This document shows positions 48,324-56,278 of a stretch of DNA of 64,000 bases, in pieces. The position numbers were made by a program, and so were the translations under genes. Location: contig JAQULM010000002.1 in assembly GCA_028718605.1 (NCBI GenBank), forward strand, positions 65,776 to 129,775. The letters are read 5' to 3'. Origin of the DNA: Patescibacteria group bacterium (GTDB taxonomy: Bacteria; Patescibacteriota; Patescibacteriia; UBA10025; JAHIVO01). Position 1 is the first letter of the stretch; every line of letters begins with the position of its first letter. Below the pieces are notes generated by a model. That model was not told where the DNA came from. It worked only from the letters and a program-made list of their open reading frames with translations, and made no database searches.

Positions 48324-49775
48324 CTATTCGTACCGGAGCGCATCAACAGGGTTCAGGCGGCTGGAACGGACTGCCGGCCCCAAGCCTGACAGCAATCCGA
48401 TGACTGTGGTAAATGCGAGGACGCCGACGATAAGCCACCAGGGAAACGAAGCCACTTTATCGAACGGCAGGTCAATAGACGAAGCGTATTTGTCAGCAAT
48501 AATGTTTGCCGCCTTCCCAATCCCATAACTCAATGCCAGCCCAAAAACTCCGCCGATAAATCCGAGGAGCGCCGCCTCAAACGTGAACAGCCGGCGAATG
48601 GTTTTTCTGGTTGCGCCGCACGCCCGCATGACGCCAATTTCACGGATCCGTTCGTAGCCGGCCATGACCATCGTATTGATAATGCCGATTGCCGCGACAA
48701 AGAGTGAGATGCCGCCAATGGCACCGAAAACAGCGCCGATTGCCATGAGCATGTTGTTGGTTTCATCCAACATGTCCTGCGCGGTGGAAACGCCATAGCC
48801 CAGCTTGCTAATAGCGTCGGAGACGCCTTTTATATTACTCGTATCGTCCGTTTTCAGGATAATAGAACCATAGCCATTCTTCGCAGAATCGTCGTTTTTA
48901 ACCAATACCTGTGTTCCACTGCAATCCTTTTCGGGACCCCGATAGGTCTTGTCTTTCATTGCCTGCTGTTCCTCCTGGGAACAGCTGCTCTGCCATTCCC
49001 ATCGTACGTGTGTCATGAGCTTTCTCGCCCACGCGATGTTGATATAGTTTTGGCTGCTGTCAAATGTGCTGCTCTTGGCAACGCCGACAATTTCCGCATT
49101 AATTTCAATTATCTTTTTCTGCTGCTCCTCCCAATACGCCTTATCATCGCCCTCGAGGGGTTTTTCCGGGGTCAAGCCGCCCCAGTCGGGAATATCCCCT
49201 CCCTGGAACATTAAAACAACGTTCTTGCCAAGGAGGTTTTCCGGATTTCCGCTCGAGCCATACGTCTTGGCGAATTCCGTACTCACGATTATTTTGTCCA
49301 TGTCCTCGCCGGTCAGGTTGCGCCCTGCCGCAAGCGGCATATTGAAAACCTTAGTTTCTGGATCATATGAAATGAGATTGGCCCACATCTTTTTATCCTG
49401 GCCCTCCAACTTCATATTCTTGATCCACAGGCCAGATCCGATCGGGGTAGCATCAGCGACGTGGGGCAGGGCTTTCAGCGTCGCCACGGTCGTATCGTCA
49501 AGTATTTTGCCGCTCTCATCGCTCCCGCCCGTATCCCCGCGGATCAAGCCGCTTCCGCTGTCAGCAGCGTTCGGATCCGGTGTAACGGTAACGAGCGTAA
49601 AAGCATCCATACTCGCAAAGAAGTCCTGGACAGACTGCCGGATCGTCACCAGCAGCGACACCATGAGAATAATCGACAGCGAGCCGATGGTAATCGCGAC
49701 AATTGTTAAAAACGTCCTGACTTTGTGCCGGACAAGGTTTTTAAATGCGCTTCGGAAATAATCAAGGAATCTCAT
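48324..49775 (-). CDS. ABC transporter permease, FtsX/MacB family with a large (~300 aa) periplasmic domain
   Basis: 483 aa, N-terminal TM, long extracytoplasmic insert, C-terminal FtsX bundle (AGYERIREIGVMRACGA...RLNPVDALR). Confidence 0.75.
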   Translation of the reverse strand: MRFLDYFRSAFKNLVRHKVRTFLTIVAITIGSLSIILMVSLLVTIRQSVQDFFASMDAFTLVTVTPDPNAADSGSGLIRGDTGGSDESGKILDDTTVATLKALPHVADATPIGSGLWIKNMKLEGQDKKMWANLISYDPETKVFNMPLAAGRNLTGEDMDKIIVSTEFAKTYGSSGNPENLLGKNVVLMFQGGDIPDWGGLTPEKPLEGDDKAYWEEQQKKIIEINAEIVGVAKSSTFDSSQNYINIAWARKLMTHVRWEWQSSCSQEEQQAMKDKTYRGPEKDCSGTQVLVKNDDSAKNGYGSIILKTDDTSNIKGVSDAISKLGYGVSTAQDMLDETNNMLMAIGAVFGAIGGISLFVAAIGIINTMVMAGYERIREIGVMRACGATRKTIRRLFTFEAALLGFIGGVFGLALSYGIGKAANIIADKYASSIDLPFDKVASFPWWLIVGVLAFTTVIGLLSGLGPAVRSSRLNPVDALRYE

Positions 49776-49781
49776 ACTGAA

Positions 49782-50444
49782 TTATTTTACTTTGCCGTCA
49801 GTAATCGTCAGTTTCTTTTTTGCCTGCACGGCAACGTTCGGATCGTGGGTAATGACAATAATTGTGACGCCGAGTTCTTTGTTCAGGTGCTTCAAGATAT
49901 CAACAATTTCAGCGCTCTTTTTTGTGTCCAAGTTGCCGGTCGGTTCATCTGCGATTATAATACGGGGGTTATTCGCCAACGCCCGTGCAATGCACACCCG
50001 CTGCCGCTGGCCGCCTGACAGCTGGGTTGGCCGGTGGTTCATGCGATCGCCGAGCCCAACCGCCTTGAGGCATTCGGTCGCGTGCTTCTTCCGTTCGGAT
50101 AATTTGACTTTTGCGAAAACGAGCGGCACCATTACATTTTCGAGTGCCGTGTAATTCGGCTGAAGGTTAAAATTTTGGAACACAAACCCAACCATCTTAT
50201 TGCGATAGTGGGAGAGCGCCTTGTCGTTTGCTTTCGCAAGGCTTTGGCCGTCAACGAAAACGTCGCCATCGTCCGGCGTATCAAGGCCGCCGATGACGTT
50301 TGCGAGCGTTGATTTACCCGAACCAGACGGTCCTGTAACAGCGATAAAATCACCGTCATCAACATCCAGGGTGACACGGTCAAGCGCGTGTATCTTCTCG
50401 CCGCCGAGCTCGTATATCTTTGATACTTGCTTGAGTTGTATCAT
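49782..50444 (-). CDS. ABC transporter ATP-binding protein (MacB/LolD-type), paralog of 45744-46412
   Basis: Walker A GPSGSGKST, signature SGGQRQRVCIARAL, Walker B IIADEPTGNLD. Confidence 0.85.
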   Translation of the reverse strand: MIQLKQVSKIYELGGEKIHALDRVTLDVDDGDFIAVTGPSGSGKSTLANVIGGLDTPDDGDVFVDGQSLAKANDKALSHYRNKMVGFVFQNFNLQPNYTALENVMVPLVFAKVKLSERKKHATECLKAVGLGDRMNHRPTQLSGGQRQRVCIARALANNPRIIIADEPTGNLDTKKSAEIVDILKHLNKELGVTIIVITHDPNVAVQAKKKLTITDGKVK

Positions 50445-50514
50445 TCGCTCGTTTTTAATTTTGGTGTTTGTTTGATTGTATTATAGCATGATTCCACGAA
50501 AAAAACAAGGCTTC

Positions 50515-51012
50515 CTAACATCGATGCGCTGCTAAAAATTTTTCAAATTGCGTATCAGGATACAGGTAGTGCCAGATTGATCCCCTCGTGGAAAAAAACT
50601 TCAAAATGGGCGTGAGAAAATTAATATACACGCGCGCATTTTGTTCGCCCGACCATTCATAAATTCCCAAATAGTCTTTCGTCTTCGGATCCACCATCCA
50701 AAGTTTCACCCTGAACCCACGGAAGCCGCTCCAAAACGGCGTTGTTAGGATGCACACGCGCTGGAACAGCCAATGAAAAAACGGATTGGAGCCGATGAGC
50801 TTGAGGCGGAAACCGAACACAAGCACGGCTGACGCATCCTGCGTGCGAGGCAGCTGCGACACTGTTTCGCGGAATATAGTATACGTGCCGTACGGAGAAA
50901 CACTATACAGAGTACCAATCCTGTCGTGCCGCAGCTCCATCTGCCACGCCATGGTGGTCATAAAACAGAGGCACGAGAAAAAAGTTTGTTTGAGAAGAGA
51001 CACCGTGGTCAT
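50515..51012 (-). CDS. Hypothetical protein (no confident family)
   Basis: A 165-aa ORF in operon-like spacing with the neighbouring genes; aromatic-rich; no recognised motif. Confidence 0.3.
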   Translation of the reverse strand: MTTVSLLKQTFFSCLCFMTTMAWQMELRHDRIGTLYSVSPYGTYTIFRETVSQLPRTQDASAVLVFGFRLKLIGSNPFFHWLFQRVCILTTPFWSGFRGFRVKLWMVDPKTKDYLGIYEWSGEQNARVYINFLTPILKFFSTRGSIWHYLYPDTQFEKFLAAHRC

Positions 51013-51021
51013 TATTTACCT

Positions 51022-51477
51022 TTATTCTTTCCAGCGGTACTTTCGTTTTTTCGCTTTCAAGACATCCAGCTGGCACGAGTAGCACAAACCATTATGGCAG
51101 CAAATGGTCCCACCGCACTTCTTGCAGGTCCATTTCTTCCGTTGGTCAGCGAGAAATGCTCTCATCCCCTTGTGTTTTATATACTTCAAGTTTTCGAGCA
51201 TGCTCATGTGGTAATGGGCACGGTACCGCTTGTCTATGTGCTCCAAACGGTCGCATGGGCACGTGTCGCAGTGGAAACAATACGCCCAGCCATTGCGCAG
51301 ACGCTTCGGGCATTTTTTAATCAAACAGTACACACAACTTGCAGGCTTGTTTTTGTTTTTAAAAAGGCAGCCCGGGCATTTATTCTTTTCGCGTAAATAC
51401 GCGGCGCAGATGGCGCAGTTCATACCGCAGGGCGCGATGAGTTGTTTCGTGATGGGCATTATATTGGCATGCACCAT
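51022..51477 (-). CDS. DUF3795-like Cys-rich protein (predicted metal-binding)
   Basis: Cys pattern CGMNCAIC...CPGC...CVYC...KKCP...C..C..CPC plus a second C-terminal CxxC cluster, matching the DUF3795 architecture. Confidence 0.5.
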   Translation of the reverse strand: MVHANIMPITKQLIAPCGMNCAICAAYLREKNKCPGCLFKNKNKPASCVYCLIKKCPKRLRNGWAYCFHCDTCPCDRLEHIDKRYRAHYHMSMLENLKYIKHKGMRAFLADQRKKWTCKKCGGTICCHNGLCYSCQLDVLKAKKRKYRWKE

Positions 51478-51493
51478 TATTCTAAAGTCCTAA

Positions 51494-51844
51494 CTATAGT
51501 ACTACCCGCCACAACACCAATAACCATCCGGCAACCATAATCGGGGTGAACAGATGTTTATTGTATTTTGCCAGCCAGCGTGGCAGGTAAATGTCGAAAT
51601 TCGGCGAACGGTCCTCCGTGTACCGCGCGGCAATCGGAGTGAGCGGGCACGTCCATTTATTTACAAGGATAACGATTGCTTCGCCAATGGAAAGTGCAAC
51701 GCCGATCCAGGTAAATACATTTATCTGGCCAATGGCAGCCGAATAAACCATATATACTATCGACGGGCCGATGATAAGCCAAACCAGCGTATGGAGCAGT
51801 TTGATGGCGGTTAATTTTTGCATCATCATAGGTTTCATGAACAC
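51494..51844 (-). CDS. DUF2784 family membrane protein
   Basis: Two TM helix pairs with the conserved WTCPLTP motif. Confidence 0.55.
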   Translation of the reverse strand: MFMKPMMMQKLTAIKLLHTLVWLIIGPSIVYMVYSAAIGQINVFTWIGVALSIGEAIVILVNKWTCPLTPIAARYTEDRSPNFDIYLPRWLAKYNKHLFTPIMVAGWLLVLWRVVL

Positions 51845-51917
51845 ATTGTAACCTGACCGAAATCCAATAACAAGAGGCGCAAGAGCGCACGCAGAAGCGC
51901 CTGTACTTGGAAAAAAA

Positions 51918-52178
51918 TCACCCGCATCTACTCTTTTGGGCGTCGATGATTCTCGCTTTCCCTGCCCGCGGCAGTTTTTTAATGCGCGCTTCCTCGCGTG
52001 AAGCAGCGGACCGCGTACGGTATTTCCGCATGTAGACGACTCTCACCGGCCCCCTGCCTCTCGTATACTTCGCGCCGCGCATCGACGCACGGTGCTCCGC
52101 CACCCGGCGCGCAAGGTCAGTCGTAATGCCGGTGTACAATGTTTTGTCTTTGCATTTCAGAATGTAGAGGGTGTACAT
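51918..52178 (-). CDS. Small GIY-YIG nuclease-family protein (UPF0213/YhbQ-like), second copy in the window
   Basis: MYTLYILKCKDKTLYTGITTDLARRVAEHR...GAKYT..RGPVRVVYMRKY.TRSAASREEARIKK is a canonical GIY-YIG small-protein sequence. Confidence 0.75.
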   Translation of the reverse strand: MYTLYILKCKDKTLYTGITTDLARRVAEHRASMRGAKYTRGRGPVRVVYMRKYRTRSAASREEARIKKLPRAGKARIIDAQKSRCG

Positions 52179-52242
52179 AATACTATCGTATCATGAAGCG
52201 CTGAGAAATCGCCAGCTGCCAGTTGCACGAAAATGCATTATA

Positions 52243-52580
52243 CGGTACAGTAACCCAACGGCAAACCAATTGACCTCGTCGTGGTCAACCTGTACCCGTT
52301 CCAGGAAACGCTCAAAAAGCCCGGCGTCACGCATGCCGAGCTGGTCGAAAAGATCGACATCGGCGGCCCAACCTGGCTCCGAGCAGGAGGCAAGAACTAC
52401 CTCGACGTGACCGTACTCTCGTCACCCGCTGACTACCAGCTGTTTATCGACGAGATGAGAGAGCACGGCGGCCAGACCACCCTGAAATTCAGGGGGGAAT
52501 GCGCTGCGAGGACATTCGCCCTGGTTCGCGAGTATGATGAGGCAATCGCCAACTACTTCGCTTCCCGTGTGGCAGGGTAG
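52243..52580 (+). pseudogene. purH: Internal fragment (~110 aa) of AICAR transformylase/IMP cyclohydrolase PurH; a gene relic with no start codon
   Basis: PNGKPIDLVVVNLYPFQET...EKIDIGGPTWLRAGGKNYLDVTVLSSPADY...YDEAIANYFAS is colinear with PurH residues ~100-210 (DMVVVNLYPF, IDIGGPTMVR.AAKNH, AIANYF). It is preceded by an in-frame stop and followed by its own terminator. Confidence 0.65.
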
Positions 52581-52608
52581 TAAACCATTTCGCCGAGTAC
52601 GAAATGCA

Positions 52609-52647
52609 GGACCGCCGGTTACGTATGACTGGCGGTTCTTTTTTTAA
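52609..52647 (+). terminator. Intrinsic terminator after the purH remnant (10-bp stem then T8)
   Basis: GGACCGCCGG-ttacgtatga-CTGGCGGTTC followed by TTTTTTTT. Confidence 0.6.
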
Positions 52648-52670
52648 TTTATTAAAATGGACATAATTCA

Positions 52671-52697
52671 AGCGGGTGCAAACTGCATCCGCTTGAT
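52671..52697 (-). terminator. Hairpin downstream of the minus-strand membrane-protein gene
   Basis: CAAGCGG...CCGCTTG stem with AT-rich flank on the minus side. Confidence 0.35.
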
Positions 52698-52724
52698 ACT
52701 GCTTTGATTCGCTGATTGGGTAAG

Positions 52725-53312
52725 CTACACGAAGACGTGTATAAGCCGAAATACGAACAGGATCACTCCGTATACGAATACATACCTCAGTGCCACTTTA
52801 AAAATATGGGCATTGATATACCCCGCCTCGTCATTGGTTGGCCATACCCCGAGTGAACAGTTCGCGCCCCGGCCATTAATGCCCCCAATGACGCTGCTGA
52901 TACCCATAAACAGGAGAATTGTTGTGGCAACAGCGCGCCACATTGAGAATCCCACGGGCGCAGCGATCGGGTCCATGATGATTTCCCCCATCTCATTGAG
53001 GGCAGCGAACGCCGCGATCGGAATGAAAAGCCACTCGAAGAACTTGCCTTTCACATGGGGTCCCCAGCCGCGGAAAACCATCCCGCTGATAAAGATAAAG
53101 AGGGACGCCACGTAAAAATACCGCAACACGCTCCACGCCGCGATGATCGTTCCGGCATCACCTGTCGGATGGCGCAGATAGAGTACGAAGACGCCAATTG
53201 ACATGACCACTTCCACAAACACCAGAATGCGTAGGACTTTTGCATACCAGCGCAGGTCACCGTCGACCATCTCCTTCGAGTACGCACCGTGCTCATCACG
53301 AAATATTCCCAT
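52725..53312 (-). CDS. Hypothetical polytopic membrane protein
   Basis: 195 aa, 5-6 hydrophobic helices; no family recognised. Confidence 0.4.
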   Translation of the reverse strand: MGIFRDEHGAYSKEMVDGDLRWYAKVLRILVFVEVVMSIGVFVLYLRHPTGDAGTIIAAWSVLRYFYVASLFIFISGMVFRGWGPHVKGKFFEWLFIPIAAFAALNEMGEIIMDPIAAPVGFSMWRAVATTILLFMGISSVIGGINGRGANCSLGVWPTNDEAGYINAHIFKVALRYVFVYGVILFVFRLIHVFV

Positions 53313-53479
53313 TGCTACACCTCGCTTTGTATTGAACTGTTTCGCTATTCTTGTTTATTTTCAATACACCTTAACACGGCAACCGAAATACTACAAGGGG
53401 AGTATTTGCTGCCATGCCGAACCCAACCCCCGCTTGCCATTGCGAGGACCTGCCTATGGGCAGGGGTGAAGCAATCTCA

Positions 53480-53887
53480 TCACCGTTTCTCAACCATGCC
53501 AATCGCTTTCAGCACCCACTGGTGCCGCATCTGTTTTTTCATTTTCAGAATTTCCCGCCAGGCAAACCAACGGCAATCCATAATTTCCTTCGAACGTGCT
53601 TGCAACCTGCCGCCGATAATCCTGCCTTCAAATGCGTGGCGCACTGGCCCGCCAACTGTACTATGGTCGACGAATAATTCACGTATCAGTTTCACGCGGA
53701 AACCGGACTCTTCATACACCTCTTTAGCAGCGCGCTTCTCAACCGTGTCGCCAACCTCAACGCGGCCAGCCGGTACGTTCCACAACCCGCGCGCTTGCCG
53801 CTTGCCTTCCTGGACGAGCAGGTATTTCCCGTTTTTCCGGATTACAGTACCGACGACAACCTGTACGCGCAGGTATTTATTTCCCAT
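53480..53887 (-). CDS. NUDIX hydrolase
   Basis: Nudix box GRVEVGDTVEKRAAKEVYEESGF (Gx5Ex7REUxEExGU). Confidence 0.8.
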   Translation of the reverse strand: MGNKYLRVQVVVGTVIRKNGKYLLVQEGKRQARGLWNVPAGRVEVGDTVEKRAAKEVYEESGFRVKLIRELFVDHSTVGGPVRHAFEGRIIGGRLQARSKEIMDCRWFAWREILKMKKQMRHQWVLKAIGMVEKR

Positions 53888-53911
53888 GTTTTTGCATACT
53901 AATAGTATAGC

Positions 53912-54094
53912 TTAGCCTGCAAAAAACTTGAGCGCTTCATACACGAAAAATACCGGCCACACGATTGCCTTCAGGAATCCCAGAACACCGACCCAGAAGC
54001 CGGTGGCCGTCGAGATGAAGTAAATCGCCGCGCCAATGAACCCGAGGCCATACACTGCTTCTCCGCCATGTTTATGAACGTTGACATCCATCAT
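53912..54094 (-). CDS. Small two-helix membrane protein (60 aa)
   Basis: GLGFIGAAIYFISTATGFWVGVLGFLKAIVWPVFFVY; a short ORF in operon spacing with neighbours. Confidence 0.35.
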   Translation of the reverse strand: MMDVNVHKHGGEAVYGLGFIGAAIYFISTATGFWVGVLGFLKAIVWPVFFVYEALKFFAG

Positions 54095-54152
54095 ATACGT
54101 AATACATTACTTGATAATTCTTCGTTGACCTACGACGGTAACGGTACGGATC

Positions 54153-54800
54153 CTACGAGGTCGGTGATGCCGCTGTTTGCGCCATCGGCTGAACTGAAGC
54201 GCTCGGCTGAACACCGTGGAGTGTTTTGTACAGGTATACAAACGCGAGCCACACAACCGGCATCGCGACGAAAATGCCGACGCCGAGGCAGATCGCGCCG
54301 AGGATAATGACACCGAGTGCGGTTAAACCAAAGCCGAACAGGGACCATTTAATGCCATCAGTCATGGCAGTGCTCTGCTTCATCGCCTCACCGATGTCGA
54401 GCTTCTTGTCGATGATGAGCGGTACGGTAAACATGAACCGCAGCGCCAGGTAAATGCCGGGGATAACCAGGGCGATAAACCCGAGTGCCACGATGATGCA
54501 CACCACGATCGTCGCGCCCAGCACGCGCCAGTACTGCGTAAACTGGGTAAACACGTCGGTGATCTCACGCATCGTGCCCCCGTAATAATCCAGAATGATC
54601 GTGAGGTACCCGCAGGCCATCCAGGCGCTCAGGAACGGCCCGAGGATGTTGAACAGTGTCCCGTCATCGTCATACCCGGTACCGACGCTTTCGATGACGA
54701 GCACGATCGCCGCGAGCCCGACGAAGTACCAGAAGTTTTTCTTGACTTCCGCCCAGCCATACCGAAATGCTTGGCTGGTAGCGACGTGCTGTGTTGGCAT
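54153..54800 (-). CDS. Hypothetical integral membrane protein (~6 TM)
   Basis: 215 aa, multiple long hydrophobic segments, Ala/Ser-rich C-terminal tail. Confidence 0.4.
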   Translation of the reverse strand: MPTQHVATSQAFRYGWAEVKKNFWYFVGLAAIVLVIESVGTGYDDDGTLFNILGPFLSAWMACGYLTIILDYYGGTMREITDVFTQFTQYWRVLGATIVVCIIVALGFIALVIPGIYLALRFMFTVPLIIDKKLDIGEAMKQSTAMTDGIKWSLFGFGLTALGVIILGAICLGVGIFVAMPVVWLAFVYLYKTLHGVQPSASVQPMAQTAASPTS

Positions 54801-54829
54801 TGGAGTAAAAATTAAAAAATTGTTAAAAA

Positions 54830-55441
54830 TTACTCAATCTGCCCCATAATCACGACGTAATTCTTCCCATACTTTTTCGCGCACTTCGGGCAGGTCGTGT
54901 ACCACATGTACCACTTCTTGATGTCATTGTACCCCTGCTGTTTTGCGTACGCTTCGAAATCCTTGCACCACTTACCGGTGTCCCTGAAATCGCCCTCGTA
55001 TACTTTGCTCAAATACTTGCCGCTCAACGTGACGTTTTCCGCGCCCGTGACTTCCTTGTCCACGGCAATGTACAGGTCCATGTTCCATTTCGAGGTATGG
55101 TCAGAAAGCGACATCCAGTCGAGCGCCTTGGCGCCCGATGCATCAATCTTCGCGTTCATCCGGGTAACGACCTTACCAAAATTGATCGGGACATTGAACG
55201 CGGTACACACCCTATCCTTTATAAACTTCTTATTCTGCCATTCGAACGTTTTGCTGTCCCACGGCGCGGGGTCAAAGCGCGGGCAGCAGTCGGTTTTGGG
55301 GTTGTAGGTTTCCATGGTTTCGGTAATTAATACTCTTGGTGCAGTGCCCCCAGTATACCATTTTCGGGGCTGCCGTTGAATGCGGCGCACGTTGACAAGA
55401 GGCAGGCATCCGGTATAGTATGCAATAATAAAACAGAACAC
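54830..55441 (-). CDS. Hypothetical Cys-containing protein (conserved-looking N-terminus METYNPKTDCCPRFDPAPWD)
   Basis: The probable start is the internal METYNP (around 55316). It carries a CC pair and a C-terminal CPKC; I could not assign a family from memory. Confidence 0.35.
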   Translation of the reverse strand: MFCFIIAYYTGCLPLVNVRRIQRQPRKWYTGGTAPRVLITETMETYNPKTDCCPRFDPAPWDSKTFEWQNKKFIKDRVCTAFNVPINFGKVVTRMNAKIDASGAKALDWMSLSDHTSKWNMDLYIAVDKEVTGAENVTLSGKYLSKVYEGDFRDTGKWCKDFEAYAKQQGYNDIKKWYMWYTTCPKCAKKYGKNYVVIMGQIE

Positions 55442-55497
55442 ACTATTGACATTACGGAAGACGAATCACCAGCAAAACCGACAAGGAGGAAAAAAGG

Positions 55498-56034
55498 ATG
55501 TCGAAAAAATCAAAGCTGGGCATTTTATTCGTGGCGATCGTAACAGGCGTGTTTGCGCTGAGTATCCCGAGCGGCAATGTCGGGGACCCCGGCACAACAC
55601 CGGCTGGCGAGAACAGAGTTCCGCCTCGCCCGAATCCGCTGACCATCGCCGACGTGGCGATGCGCAGCTCGGCCAGCGGCACGGTCGTATCCCTCGATTT
55701 AGGAATCGACGACGGCGTCTGCTGCCCGTACACGGAATTCTACATCACGTGGAACGAGATGGACTCATTGCTGGTCAATGGCCATCTCCTCGCGGACCTG
55801 CTCATTGCGGCTGACTCGAACAGCGTGCTCCTGTGCGACTGCGCCCACGACGGCAGCGAGACATACAAATCCATCATCATGTATGTCGAGCAGCTGGACG
55901 GTGAACCGGGGCTCAAGATCGCCCTGCGCCAGAAAGTGTACCTGCGGTGGACCGATATTTCGGAAAACCTCAGGAAAGCTCTGGAGCCGAGCAAGGCAGC
56001 CATTTTCTACGGAAATGATTACAAAGTGATTTAA
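55498..56034 (+). CDS. Secreted hypothetical protein with a signal peptide
   Basis: MSKKSKLGILFVAIVTGVFALSIPSG signal peptide; the mature domain has 4 Cys; no known domain. Confidence 0.45.
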   Translation: MSKKSKLGILFVAIVTGVFALSIPSGNVGDPGTTPAGENRVPPRPNPLTIADVAMRSSASGTVVSLDLGIDDGVCCPYTEFYITWNEMDSLLVNGHLLADLLIAADSNSVLLCDCAHDGSETYKSIIMYVEQLDGEPGLKIALRQKVYLRWTDISENLRKALEPSKAAIFYGNDYKVI

Positions 56035-56061
56035 TCGATTTCCCGCCCAGACAGAATTAGA

Positions 56062-56096
56062 TCCGGTGCTCCCCTGCGCCGGGTCTTTTATTTTTG
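56062..56096 (+). terminator. Intrinsic terminator (hairpin then CTTTTATTTTT)
   Basis: ATCCGGTGC-tcccct-GCGCCGGGT stem followed by a T-rich tract. Confidence 0.55.
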
Positions 56097-56278
56097 GCTT
56101 TCAATAAGTCCTGACTTATTACCAGCACCCATTTAAAAACGCACCGATGCAGTTAAATAGTATCGAGTCTCCTTCATCTCCTTTGACTCCGCAGACTTTA
56201 TATAAAAATTTCACTTCTTCAAGTTGCTTTTCAGCTTCAAGCATATTTTTTATACAATACGATTTGTGAAAAAATACA

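Noticed and set aside
52180-52242. Additional upstream purH-homologous frames before the relic
   Set aside because: Translations of the three plus-strand frames show at most a weak LHENALYG resemblance to the PurH LHPKVHGG region, which is too weak to call.
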